Source: a virus. Taken from it: DNA of 64,000 bases. The stretch is from positions 1 through 64,000 of the IMG/VR virus record IMGVR_UViG_3300034063_001075. One strand, written 5' to 3'. Position numbers and translations under genes: made by a program. The notes beneath the pieces are model-generated. The model saw only the letters and a list, made by a program, of their open reading frames with translations, ran no database searches and was not told where the DNA came from. Below, piece by piece: positions 1-10,700 of the stretch. Every line of letters starts with the position of its first letter. Position 1 is the first letter of the stretch.

Positions 1-2572
1 CGCTAGCAGGCTGCGGTGCTACGACAGGTGGAGCAGCTTCGGGTTCGTCTTCTTTGGCTTTGAGTCCCTCTTCAACGGCGTCTAGTCCGGCCTTGCCGAG
101 AGCCGCTTTCAGGTCTTCTACGGCTTTGTTAGTCGCCACGTTTTCTTCGGATATCTGTGTGGCTAGCTCGACCGTCGGCTCCTCTTTGTAATCCTGCGGG
201 TTCTGCGCGAAGTCTTGTTTCAGGCCCTCGAAAATCTGTTCGGGAGATTCTTCGAGGGGCATCGTGTAACCCACAAATTCGGCAAGTCTTTCCGCCTGTG
301 CGGTATCCCCGCGATTAACAAGAGCTTCGTGAAGTTCTTGAACGCCTTGTAGTGCTTCAGGAGTTCTTTGGATTAGGCCGTCTGCGTTGACGTTATCGCG
401 AGCGGCACTCCAAACTTTGAACGTGTCAGCATCAGCCAAGTCTGTAGCGTTGCTCGGTAGCTTCTGAACTTCGCTTACCCATTGTTTGTCCTGCTCGACA
501 ATCTTCTGCTCATCAGGCGAAAGAGGCTGGTTTTGCATGACCTTCTGTTGAACAGCCTTGCGCTGTTCTTCGTCAGGTCTCTCGACTGTTACGGTCGGCG
601 TAGACGATGTAGTTGGTGTGGCTGAAACGGGTTTTGTCTCCTGTGCTGTTTCGAGACTGTCTAGCGCCTTGTTTGCTGCTTCGATTGTTTTGGAAAGAAC
701 ATCCCTATCCACGTCCTCGCCCACTGTTTCCGACTTCTCGCGTAGCACGGAAGCGGTCATTGGGCTTCCTGTCTGCTCTGCTTGATCGGCACGACGTCTC
801 AAAAGAACGGAAGCAAATTTCTGAATACCATCCCTAGCCACGTTCACGCCGCCGCCGAGAAGACCTCCGTACACAGCGGCTTGCACACTTTCGCCGACAA
901 TGTCTCCCAGCGTCGCTTCGGGGCGATAAGACGCAATGCCGACCATGCCTTGAACAAACTGATCGATACCTTCTTCGGTAGCTTCCATCCCCGCTTCTTT
1001 GAGATACCTCCCAAGGCGGCTCTTGAAGCCTTTCGTTTTCGCGGCGGAAAACAGAGCGTCTACACCCGTTTTCCCGAAAGCAGAGGTGACGATTGCTGTG
1101 CTTACGCCAGAGGCTACTGCCGGAAGTTGGGCGCGATTCAAAGCGTCCTGCATCATTTCGTCTTCCGACATGACTCCAGCGCCTGCCTTCATGTTTTGAT
1201 CCATGTTGGCTTCGTACGCGTCGATGAACGTTCCGCCGTAAGACTGCATAGCTGATATACCAACCGAGGTTTTGAAACCCGCGTCGCTTACGATCTTGGG
1301 GAGAATGGTTCGGGCAGCTTGCGCCTGAATTGCAGGGTTTGCAATTCCTGCACCGCTGAACCCTGATGGGTTTCTAGCTGTAAGAGCATTCGCCAGTTGC
1401 CGTCCCGCAACGGCTCTTGTACCGCCAGCGACCACGCCACCCGCCAGTAAGGGGATTACTACGCTCGACGAAGTGGCTACGAAGTCTCCGGGGTCGCCTA
1501 TAACAGGCGTGGATTTTACGCCGAGAGCTTCGCGATATTGGCTTGCTTCTTCCAACCCCTCTCCAATTTTATCAGCAGTAGCGAGGAGCGATTTTGTAGT
1601 GTCGCTCGGTTTGCCGGATACAACATTGTCTACCGCAGAGGAGGCTCCAGCCGCTAACCCAATCGCAGGTTGGATAAGCGTCCCCATGAACGAATCCTTA
1701 ACGCCTGATCCGACGGCCCTCGCAAATGCGCCAACATCACCAATCTTATCCCGGTATGCGTTGACCGCATCCGCACTTGAAGCAAAGTCCCCTTGCGCTT
1801 CGAACGTTGAGAAATCACTGGTGTTTTTACGGAGCGCTTGAGCCATCCGTTCGCCTGTTGCTTCCCGATTAGCAGCAAAGTCTGCTAGAGCGCTTTGCTT
1901 CATCGCTGGGGTTGCTTCGGGGATGGAATTGATTGCGGACCTAAATTTGTTCTCGTCTAGCTGGTTATCCGGTGTGACAGCGATGCGCCCGTTTACAACC
2001 GCCCCTTGGATTTGATTGCGTGAGAGCTTTGCCAGCTTGTCTGCGGATTCCAAAAAGTTTCTGCGAACATCGGGGTCTTGGTATTCGTCTGCTAGGTCGG
2101 CGTACGCTTTCCGAAGCTGCGTTTCCTTAACTCTGATTGGGTCTTCGTTGTATCTTTGAATTTCTCCGTCCTTACCGATGCCCGTCATCCGAGCAAACGG
2201 CGAAAGTTTGTCTTCGTCCGCTATTTCGGGGAGAGGCCGGGGGTCGAATTTGTCCCAAGGCTCGAATCCGGGTCTGACGGCGTCTCCCTTTCCGTCTCCT
2301 TGAAAAAATCTCTGAGATTTAGTCGGTTCCTGTTGGGCAATAATCGCGGCTGCTTGCGAGACTTTATCTAGGTCGAATTGAACAACGCGCCCGAGAATTT
2401 CTTTACGTTTTTCCGCGTGTTTTTCGTCGGACCAAGTCGGTCCAATGCGCTTCTTCGCTTCTTCAGACCACGCATCTAAAATACTGACCTTCTTTGAAGG
2501 GTCAGCTTCCCCGAAGCGGGGGGATGCTTCGATATCAGCCCACTTCGGAAACGGGTCGGTTGGCCGAGACAT
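1..2572 (-). CDS. Large internal virion/DNA ejection protein (partial; runs off the left edge)
   Basis: ATG at 2572 (MSRPTDPFPKWADIEASPRF...), read manually as open towards position 1. Ala/Gly-rich helical segments (EAGMEATEEGIDQFVQG, GGLLGGG) are typical of podovirus-type ejection proteins. Absent from the ORF track, presumably because no stop lies in the window. Confidence 0.7.
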   Translation of the reverse strand, partial: MSRPTDPFPKWADIEASPRFGEADPSKKVSILDAWSEEAKKRIGPTWSDEKHAEKRKEILGRVVQFDLDKVSQAAAIIAQQEPTKSQRFFQGDGKGDAVRPGFEPWDKFDPRPLPEIADEDKLSPFARMTGIGKDGEIQRYNEDPIRVKETQLRKAYADLADEYQDPDVRRNFLESADKLAKLSRNQIQGAVVNGRIAVTPDNQLDENKFRSAINSIPEATPAMKQSALADFAANREATGERMAQALRKNTSDFSTFEAQGDFASSADAVNAYRDKIGDVGAFARAVGSGVKDSFMGTLIQPAIGLAAGASSAVDNVVSGKPSDTTKSLLATADKIGEGLEEASQYREALGVKSTPVIGDPGDFVATSSSVVIPLLAGGVVAGGTRAVAGRQLANALTARNPSGFSGAGIANPAIQAQAARTILPKIVSDAGFKTSVGISAMQSYGGTFIDAYEANMDQNMKAGAGVMSEDEMMQDALNRAQLPAVASGVSTAIVTSAFGKTGVDALFSAAKTKGFKSRLGRYLKEAGMEATEEGIDQFVQGMVGIASYRPEATLGDIVGESVQAAVYGGLLGGGVNVARDGIQKFASVLLRRRADQAEQTGSPMTASVLREKSETVGEDVDRDVLSKTIEAANKALDSLETAQETKPVSATPTTSSTPTVTVERPDEEQRKAVQQKVMQNQPLSPDEQKIVEQDKQWVSEVQKLPSNATDLADADTFKVWSAARDNVNADGLIQRTPEALQGVQELHEALVNRGDTAQAERLAEFVGYTMPLEESPEQIFEGLKQDFAQNPQDYKEEPTVELATQISEENVATNKAVEDLKAALGKAGLDAVEEGLKAKEDEPEAAPPVVAPQPAS

Positions 2573-2577
2573 GAAAT

Positions 2578-3777
2578 TTAGTTGCCGTAGGCGTCGTCTT
2601 GTTGCGTTCTAGGAGCTTGCGGATTGGTGTTTCCCTGCGGAGTGTTGTCCACGCCGTCCAAGAAAGCGTTCACTGCGTCTTGGGCTTGCGTCACGGGGTT
2701 GTCGCCCATGACTCGCCTCTCAACGACGGACTTGGCTTTCTGAATTCCTTCCATCGCCTTTTCGTATTCCGCAATGACCGAAGTCTTTTTGTCGGACGCC
2801 AAGTCATCCAGCTTTCCGCCGCTGCCAGACTTGAGGGCCTTGATCCGGTCTGAATAATTTGTCAAAGCTTCGTTGGCCTGCTTGATAAAACCGATGTCGC
2901 TCTGCAACTCGCCAAGCTTCTCACGGTTGAAAAACTGCTCTCCGGTGGTCGGGTCTTTCTCAACCATCCCGTCCAAAACAGATTTCCCGACGCCCATACC
3001 ACGCAGCTTGTTCGCTTCTTCCGAGAAGGACTGACCCCGTTCAATAGCCGCCATCGCTTGCGAGGGGCTCATACCGTTGTTCACAGCCTCGTTGAACTTC
3101 GCACGTAAGTCAGGCGATAGGAGGTCACCCGCCTGCTGCATTTTCCAATTCATGTCATCCGTCGCCTGCTGCCTTTGGAACGGAACCGCACCAACTGCGG
3201 TTGCTTGCTCTTGCTCTTGTTTGCGACGGGCCTCCCAATCTGACTTTAGGTCAGTCATGTAGTCTGTGTCTTTGACCGCCTTGATATCTGGAGAATACTT
3301 CGCGAACGGATATTTCTTATCTAGATCAACGATGCCCTCGTAATTAAGGGTTCCTTGCTCATTCAGATCGTTGTAATCCGCCATCCACCCAACGCCGTCA
3401 TTGTCGATTTTGTTCTGCTGAATGCGTCCTTGGTTGTACCGCTCTAGCTGCAAACGCTTTTGAAGCTCGTCACCGATAATTTCCCGGCGCTCTAAAACAA
3501 GGTCACGGGTGCGGTCTTCAACTGCTAGCTCTCTAGCAGCACGATACCTTTTCTCCATCTCGTCAGGCATGGCATCACGGGCCTGCCTTCCGGGGTTCAT
3601 CACAAAGTCATCAAAACCGTAAAGCGGCCTGCCGCGAGTAACGTTAGCCTTTACGTCCAACCCGTAGTCGCCGTAAGAGCCTCGCTCTCTCGCCGACGCA
3701 CGGGTCTGCGGAATGAGGTCGTTCAGGGCCTCGGAGAGGGCTGAATACATATCATCGTCAGCCATATTATTCTTCAA
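2578..3777 (-). CDS. Putative internal virion protein (helical)
   Basis: 399-aa ORF, charged and helical, directly upstream of the large ejection protein. Confidence 0.55.
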   Translation of the reverse strand: MKNNMADDDMYSALSEALNDLIPQTRASARERGSYGDYGLDVKANVTRGRPLYGFDDFVMNPGRQARDAMPDEMEKRYRAARELAVEDRTRDLVLERREIIGDELQKRLQLERYNQGRIQQNKIDNDGVGWMADYNDLNEQGTLNYEGIVDLDKKYPFAKYSPDIKAVKDTDYMTDLKSDWEARRKQEQEQATAVGAVPFQRQQATDDMNWKMQQAGDLLSPDLRAKFNEAVNNGMSPSQAMAAIERGQSFSEEANKLRGMGVGKSVLDGMVEKDPTTGEQFFNREKLGELQSDIGFIKQANEALTNYSDRIKALKSGSGGKLDDLASDKKTSVIAEYEKAMEGIQKAKSVVERRVMGDNPVTQAQDAVNAFLDGVDNTPQGNTNPQAPRTQQDDAYGN

Positions 3778-4300
3778 CTTCCGAAGTTGGGGCCGGAGTC
3801 GGTACAGCTTCGTCCTGCTTTTTCTGCGCTATCGCTAACGCGGCCTTCATAGCGGCGGAGAGTTTGTCGGGGTCTAAAAGGTCGGTGTTTTCTTTGTACA
3901 TCTCCGCTAGACGGGAATCGAAAGCCTCGGGTCTTTGGCCTGTTGGGTTCAGTTTCTCCTTTTCGTAAAAGTCTTTAAGATAATTTGTCGTGGCTTCTTC
4001 CGGGCTTTCCATGCCCGTTTTGAATTTGCGATCAATCGCGGATCGACGTTCATCTAAGCTATTCTTCGCTACAAGAAGCTGAGGGTCGTACTCCCCAAAT
4101 TGCACTGCTCTCTGGTAAGCGTTACGGACCATGCGTCTAGCGTTGTTTTCGCTTTTAAGGAACGCACGTGCTTCGTCTTCTAGATTTTCCCGCTCGCGGA
4201 TGCGTTCGAAAAAACCCGGAGCAGCGCGGCCACCTGCTTCCGTATTAAGGCTTTGAAGGCGCTGTCCGCGTGATAGTGGTTGAGTGGGTGTCGGCTCCAT
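3767..4300 (-). CDS. Putative internal virion protein
   Basis: 177-aa ORF coupled to its neighbours. Confidence 0.5.
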   Translation of the reverse strand: MEPTPTQPLSRGQRLQSLNTEAGGRAAPGFFERIRERENLEDEARAFLKSENNARRMVRNAYQRAVQFGEYDPQLLVAKNSLDERRSAIDRKFKTGMESPEEATTNYLKDFYEKEKLNPTGQRPEAFDSRLAEMYKENTDLLDPDKLSAAMKAALAIAQKKQDEAVPTPAPTSEVEE

Positions 4301-4303
4301 ACG

Positions 4304-5482
4304 TTATGCTACTTGTCCTTTCGATTTCTTTGCTCTGTCTGACGCGGCTTGCGCCTCTTCGGGGCTGTTCCATTGACGGGCATACCCAATGACCTGTCCG
4401 CTCGGAGCAGTAATCATCCTGCTGACGTTGTCAGGTAAGGGACCCGTCGGAGTGGTCGCTGTCCCCCCGCGTGGAAGTGGAACCTGTTGCGGTGTGGCTG
4501 GCTTGGGCTCCAAAGGGACTTGCCCAATTCCCTGCACGTTTCCGGTTTGAGGGGTGGGGGCGTTCTGCTTCGCGTAAATGTCTCGCGCAGTTTCGAGTGA
4601 CGCGCCTGAGAAAATTGAGCCGGAATAGCCAACCCCCGGTCTGTAGGTGTCTGTGCGACCATCGGGTTGATTGATGTTTGTTCCTTCTATGCCGGGAACG
4701 AAAACGTTTCGGGAAGCGGGTGTTAGCGTACTTTTTGTGACTGGGTCGTAGGCTGGCTGTAACTCTGGCATCCCTTTTCCGGAAGCGATTGCGCCGTCTA
4801 TCTCCATTCTCTGGCCCATGATGTCCGTGTTGGCCCACGATTTTCTAAACGGGTCTGACTCCCCAACAGGGGTTTCTGGACTGCCTGCGGCTTGCCAATC
4901 CTCGTAACGCTTTTTCGTTTCGTTGTTTATTACCTGCCGCCAATAATCGTTGTTTTGTTCAGAACGGTCTTTGAAGTCCCCGACAACGGTGTCCTTAACC
5001 GCTTCTGGCGTAGCGTTTGCCTTGTAGAACTCATCAAGATAGGCCCCGATATTTGAGGGGCTTCCCTGCGTCGGGTCGAAGTTGCCCGTCATGGACGGAG
5101 GGGGAGTATCGGGAAGCCGATTGGTGACGTCTTGATTCCCCATCGTCGGCAGAAACCCCCCTCCCGGCCCGATGCGCTGAATACCTTGTTCTGGCGATGA
5201 TTCAAACCCACCCCCCGGAGCGACGTCTTGGGCGATAGCCGCTTGTCGGGCGACTCCAATGTCACGGTCAGATGGGCCGACTAAGCCACCCGGAGTTTGG
5301 GCGGGGCCTTCGTAGCCACCCACGACAACGGGACCCGTAATATTCGGAGGCGTGAAAGTCGCCCCGGCTGGGGCCGGGGTTGGGGAGAAATTCGGAACGC
5401 CAGCAGTGTCCCTAGCAGCCGTCAACGCCTCGCTAGCAATGTCGAAAGGGCTTTTCGGGGGTTTACGTGGTTGTGGCGGCAT
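4304..5482 (-). CDS. Pro/Gly-rich putative internal virion protein
   Basis: 392-aa ORF preceded by an AT-rich promoter-like spacer (TTGCAT-N16-TATTAT on the minus strand). Confidence 0.5.
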   Translation of the reverse strand: MPPQPRKPPKSPFDIASEALTAARDTAGVPNFSPTPAPAGATFTPPNITGPVVVGGYEGPAQTPGGLVGPSDRDIGVARQAAIAQDVAPGGGFESSPEQGIQRIGPGGGFLPTMGNQDVTNRLPDTPPPSMTGNFDPTQGSPSNIGAYLDEFYKANATPEAVKDTVVGDFKDRSEQNNDYWRQVINNETKKRYEDWQAAGSPETPVGESDPFRKSWANTDIMGQRMEIDGAIASGKGMPELQPAYDPVTKSTLTPASRNVFVPGIEGTNINQPDGRTDTYRPGVGYSGSIFSGASLETARDIYAKQNAPTPQTGNVQGIGQVPLEPKPATPQQVPLPRGGTATTPTGPLPDNVSRMITAPSGQVIGYARQWNSPEEAQAASDRAKKSKGQVA

Positions 5483-5529
5483 AACAATAGATAATAGAAA
5501 TACTTAGGGTAAATGCAACTCGCATATAC

Positions 5530-6528
5530 CTAGTAAAAATTACGAAGCCTTCGGATTTGAAAAGAGGACGGGTCGATCTGACCGCGATTGATAGCCCCGC
5601 CACGGAACTCCCGCATTTCTAGATTGAGGGTCGAAAAAGCTTTTTGCCAGTAGTCTTCGGCTCGTTCGAGGTCATTTTTGTTTTCGTAGTTAATCGCTAG
5701 CATCCCAAGCTTCAAGGCCCCCAAGTTGCCGGGGATGATGATTTCGTCCTTGTTACCGTCCACCGGGACAAACCTGCGTTTACAGACGGCGCGGACATGG
5801 GTGACGGGAAGAAGCGACGACACTTTGTATCGCCGAAACGACGGTGATGTGTCCTCGGGAACGTATACCGACAGAGGTGTTAGCTCTCCCGGTGCTGGTG
5901 ATGCGCCTACATACGCTGTGCTCCACCCATACATGGCAACATCTCCATAAGTAATAGGCTTTATAACAGAGGTAATCCGTTCAAACACTTCTGTAGAAAC
6001 GAAAGGAGTCGAAGGTGTTGGCAATGGAATCTCTAACTCGACGGGGGTTGGGGAGCCCCCTGAAGAAACCGTGGTCCCATAGCCCTTGACATACATCTTA
6101 CCGGGGGTGTTGGGGTCCAAGGGGTCGTAAGCATCGGCAGGGTTAAAGGTTTGAATTACGATTCGAACGGGCGTTTCAAAATCCTTTTCAAGAGGATGCC
6201 CTTCTCCCTCATCCACAAGCATTTGCATTCCTGCGCCTACGTCTGGCGAAATATGCCCCGGACCCCCGGTGATATATTCGTGAAACCGCCCATACACCTG
6301 TGTTCCGCGCCCTTCGATTTGGGCTGCTAGAATGCTAGAAAACTGCTTGGGGAGAGCTATTCGACCCTGCGAAGCTTCGAAGTCCAAAACCTCGGTCGTC
6401 CCCAACCACTTGCCGCTGGACAGAAATCGTTCGCAAACCTCGTTCAGGATACGAATAAACTCCGCCGTTGTCGGTGGAGCGTAACTTTGTAGAGCGCCGT
6501 AGGCGCGATCGAAAGTGAGACGATTCAT
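5530..6528 (-). CDS. Putative head-tail adaptor / tail tubular protein A-like
   Basis: 332 aa with helical N- and C-termini (LNEVCERFL; LAINYENKNDLERAEDYWQKAFSTLN) around a beta-rich core, as in podovirus adaptors. Confidence 0.55.
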   Translation of the reverse strand: MNRLTFDRAYGALQSYAPPTTAEFIRILNEVCERFLSSGKWLGTTEVLDFEASQGRIALPKQFSSILAAQIEGRGTQVYGRFHEYITGGPGHISPDVGAGMQMLVDEGEGHPLEKDFETPVRIVIQTFNPADAYDPLDPNTPGKMYVKGYGTTVSSGGSPTPVELEIPLPTPSTPFVSTEVFERITSVIKPITYGDVAMYGWSTAYVGASPAPGELTPLSVYVPEDTSPSFRRYKVSSLLPVTHVRAVCKRRFVPVDGNKDEIIIPGNLGALKLGMLAINYENKNDLERAEDYWQKAFSTLNLEMREFRGGAINRGQIDPSSFQIRRLRNFY

Positions 6529-6559
6529 CGGTTACTTATACTGTTATATCGTGCTCAAA

Positions 6560-6766
6560 TCAAGCAGGTTCGGAAGGCGCTGCATGGGGGGTAGCCATTT
6601 GCGGAATTACCCTATCCTCCGGAGGAGTACCCGCTTCGCGGATCGCATTTACGATGGAAATGAAGAAAGGAACCTCTTTCCCCTTTATCTCAGTTCTTTC
6701 CAAAAATGTCTGGAGCCATTCGAACTGATCGGCGGTAAGCCTGAGTGTAAACATATTAAGATTCAT
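6560..6766 (-). CDS. Hypothetical protein
   Basis: ATG at 6766 overlapping the end of the upstream gene; 68 aa. Confidence 0.5.
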   Translation of the reverse strand: MNLNMFTLRLTADQFEWLQTFLERTEIKGKEVPFFISIVNAIREAGTPPEDRVIPQMATPHAAPSEPA

Positions 6767-7178
6767 TGGATGTGCTTTCTGCTTGAACTGGACCCCACTT
6801 GTCAATGGGGCATTTTTCGTGGGGCATACGGAGTTTGAATTTAGTAGAACACCCACATTTCAAACATCGTCCGCCCCCCATCATAGCTTTTTCGCTCCAG
6901 AACTCGCAACCTTTACACACAGATTGCCTCGCGTCAAATTGCTCGTCGCTTAGAACTTTGCCACCGTCTTCAATCCACTTTTTAATACTGAACCCTGCGG
7001 TACGTGCCTGTTTTAAGAAACCCGGAGCGCTATACTTTTTGACCAACATCTCATGGTCTTCGTCAGTTAAAGACAACAGATCGCCGTCTGCCGTGGCGTA
7101 TTTCAAAACGTCTTCAATATAGCCTTTAGGGCGCTGCGTGGCTCTTACTTCTAGCTGAGCTTTAGTAAATGTTTTCAT
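6756..7178 (-). CDS. Cys-cluster (DUF6171-like) metal-binding protein
   Basis: RQSVCKGCEF...RCLKCGC...EKCPIDKW motif. Confidence 0.6.
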   Translation of the reverse strand: MKTFTKAQLEVRATQRPKGYIEDVLKYATADGDLLSLTDEDHEMLVKKYSAPGFLKQARTAGFSIKKWIEDGGKVLSDEQFDARQSVCKGCEFWSEKAMMGGGRCLKCGCSTKFKLRMPHEKCPIDKWGPVQAESTSNES

Positions 7179-7705
7179 GGTGCTTGATTTTCTGCTGAAG
7201 GGTCGGGACCTCCAATGCTGTTAAAAACGCGTAGGGAGCGAGACGTCCGAGACGATTGCCCCGCTAGGCAGGTGCGTAGATTATCAACCATGCTCTCGGT
7301 AATTACAAAAGTGCCTCCCCATCTATAACACTCATCACAACACCGTCCACAGTTGTCGTTGCCGGAGCGATAACAATCGCCATTATTAAGGTTGATTGTG
7401 CCTAATTCTTGACCACAAGAAGTTTCTTCTGTGCAAGAGTCGAGTACGACATCAAACACAGCGCGGTCGCAAACGTGCGAACCAGCACAAGGTCCTTCGC
7501 AGTGATTATACTCGATATCAACGGTAATAGGATACCGCGCTTGACAAGCTAATTCCAAAACGTTGCCGGAACCGCAGCCGTTGTAAATTTCGGACCCGGT
7601 AGCATCCCGCGCTTTTATCCAACCGACTCCTGAATGACAGTTGTCTTGTACAGACTCGTCACACTGGAACACTAGGCAAACTGGGCAACAAGCAAGGCTA
7701 GCCAT
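7175..7705 (-). CDS. Cys-rich putative tail-associated protein
   Basis: 176 aa with 18 Cys, located in the tail gene block. Confidence 0.55.
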   Translation of the reverse strand: MASLACCPVCLVFQCDESVQDNCHSGVGWIKARDATGSEIYNGCGSGNVLELACQARYPITVDIEYNHCEGPCAGSHVCDRAVFDVVLDSCTEETSCGQELGTINLNNGDCYRSGNDNCGRCCDECYRWGGTFVITESMVDNLRTCLAGQSSRTSRSLRVFNSIGGPDPSAENQAP

Positions 7706-7709
7706 TATA

Positions 7710-10700
7710 TTACTCTGGTTGGCTCATTAGCACATAAGCGTATTTCGGTTCCCCATTGACGCAAACTTCGACTTGCTGAAAGTACGCGTCTTTGCCATAG
7801 GGCGGTCTAACGTCTACGTAGTTCGAGCCATTATTCACATATAAACCGCCACCGAACAGTCGGCTGTAAGCTCCGGACGAATAATTGACGTACAGAGAAC
7901 CGGGGGTGAGGGTCGAGTGGTCTCCGTTGGCATACTGAATACGAAGAGTAGTTTGCGTCAGATAACTGAAATCGTTGTTCGCTGAGGCCCGAAAAGTAGA
8001 ATTTGAGCCCTGTATTTCCATCGTTGCAAACGGGCCGCTAGAACTCCACACCTCACACTTACTTAGTGAGCCCGTCGAACGTATGCGGAAGTTTTGTTGG
8101 GCGTTAGTAGTGTATCCATACAAATAGGATTCACTCGCCTTAATCCCGCGATCTGACCAGTTATTAGAGTTGCTGAAGAGTTGTACAGAAATTTCGTTCT
8201 GCTTAGCCGACATCTTGTAATTCTGATTGTTATTACAGTAGGCCCATAAATACGCTTCGGTTTCTTTCAAACATAACTCTGCAAAGTTCTTAGAATTCTG
8301 ACCCCAGTACGTCTGAAACCCGCATTTATCAGCTTCAGCGAGCGTAGCTGCGAATCGGTCGTAAGTGTCATTACCGACGCCCCTATTACAACCTGTGTGT
8401 CGAACCGCTCTCCATGCCGCTTTTGTAGTCTGAACGTTTTCGCTGGTGGGCTCCGGAGTGATGTACCCAATAATGTCCATCGGACATCCGCTAGGGAGAC
8501 CCGCTGTGTAGTATCCCGCTTTGTCTGGAAGCGACCCTGCTCTTTCGCTTCCCTCGCGACCAAAAATAACTTCGGTGTGCGAAGTCTGCGACATGAGTAA
8601 AACTTTTCTCCGTCGGTCACCGCGCCCTATAAAAACGGGAACATAGCCTTGGCTAAAATATGTCGTATCTCCCGCTCGCACCGCCGCTCTCGCTTCGGGG
8701 CCGAGGCTTCTCAATATTTCTCTACGCTCTCGAAATTCGTCGCGGGTTTCGTACCCCCGGTTTTGTCGATCATTCCCAAGAAATTGAGCCGTCTGCGTGA
8801 AGTCGATTTTATCGTTCTTCTCCGTCATCGAGGCTCCCGCGCTTCCAGCGGGGTTGCTAGCAGGAGTAGTTTGACCTCCGCCTCCGCTATCCTGAGCGGT
8901 CCCGCCGTAAACGCGGTAATACGCTTCTTTTTCTTCGTTGCTAGCGAGTGCTGAAGGGCCCCAACCCCATTGAGAGTATGCCGGGTCGTTGCGGACGTTA
9001 TTGTCCATCCGAGCGTCGTTGTCGCTCCCAAACGGACGGTTTTCAGGTGCTTGATATCCGGAGCCGAACGACGACGGGGCCGTAGTCGGCGCAGGAGGCT
9101 CTGAAGTTGGGGCCGTAGTCGGCGCAGGAGTTGGAGTGGGTGCAGGTGCAGGTGCAGGTGCAGGTGCAGGTGCAGGTGCAGGCGCAGGTGCGGTGGCCGC
9201 TGGCGTAGGAGCAGGTGCTGGGTTTTCTGGCTGGGGGACGGGGGGAGGCGGAGTTGGTGTGGGGGCCACCGCAGGAGTAGCCGTTGGGAGAGGGGCCGTC
9301 CCGACATCCGGAACAACGGGTCCCGTTGATGGCGCAGAAATAGGTGTTGGCGCAGGCGCAGGTGTGGGTGCAGGAGCAGGAGCAGGCGTGGGAGCAGGCG
9401 CGGGTGCGGTGGGAGTCGGAGTGGGCGGAGGGGTCGGTGCGGGAGCAGGAGCAGGCGCGGGAGCAGGCGCGGGAGCAGGAGCAGGCGCGGGAGCAGGCGC
9501 GGGTGCGGGAGCAGGAGCAGGCGCGGGAGCAGGCGCGGGTGCGGGAGCAGGAGCAGGCGCGGGTGCGGGAGCAGGCGCGGGAGCGGGAGCAGGCGCGGGT
9601 GCGGGAGCAGGAGCAGGCGCGGGTGCAGGGGTCGGCGGAGTTGTGGCAGGCGCAGGGGTCGGCGGAGTTGTGGCAGGCGCGGGTGCGGGTTCCGCCGCAG
9701 GAGCCGTGGTGGGGGCGGGTGGGTTTGCGGGTTGAAGAGTTTGAGGTGCGGGAGGCGTAGCGGGTGGCGGAACGGGTACAGGTTCCGGGTTCGAGGGTGT
9801 CGGGAAAAAGGTCTGCGGAGGAGGAGGCGGGGTTGGAACTGACGTAGTCGTGGTCGCAGGTGAGGCAGATTCCGAGTCTGCTGAGTTCTGCGATTGGGTG
9901 GTTGAACTTGTCGAAGAAGAGCCAGCGCTTACAACAACTGGGACGAATAAAGTTTCGGAAGCCGTAAGGGGGGTCGGCGAAGCAGAAGAGGTTGAAGAAG
10001 GCTCAACTAGGGGTGCAGATTCGTTAAAAGTCGAGCTAGGGCGGGACGTGGGGTTAAGTTGAAAACTGCTTTCAGGTTCAAAACGAGGGAAAGGAGTCGA
10101 GATCGGTGTAAGAGCACCAAACATAGCCGACGTCTCCACCATACTAGGTGGTGCGGACTCTCCAGAACGACCCGAATCAGAGGGTCGGACGTCGCGATCT
10201 GTATTTGTGTTTTGTTGCGACGCATTGCTAGCATTATTCGAAAACGCAGATGGGAAAAACGCAGAAGGGGACATAGCCCCCATGAAAACATTTGTGGCTT
10301 CTGGAACTCCGGCGGAGATAGCGGCGGAACGGGAGTCTGGGTCCAAACGTATTGGCTCCTCGGAACGCTGTAGCGCGGGAGTTACTGGGGGTGCGGTAAC
10401 TTGAACAGGTTCTGAATTGAGTGCGGTCGATTGCGTGGAGGGGGGAGTCGGTCGCGATACTATTTCCGGAATTTCAACCGGACTTGTCGGTATGTTTAGC
10501 AGTGGGAGGGGGTTTGAATTTTGAATGGGCGGGGAAACAACTTGCGGCCCGACGTCCAGAGAAAAAAGACTCGGCGCATTTGAAGGTTTGGGTGTGAACA
10601 GCGCTTCTGCCGGAATAGAAATATCAAGGTTACCGTTTTGGAAATTCACCGGGTAACCGTTGAAAGTTAAGTTTTTAAGAGCGTCAGAAACCGCTGATTG

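Noticed and set aside
8825-9760. Poly-GA, EQAR and HL ORFs
   Set aside because: Shadow frames of the (PA)n repeat
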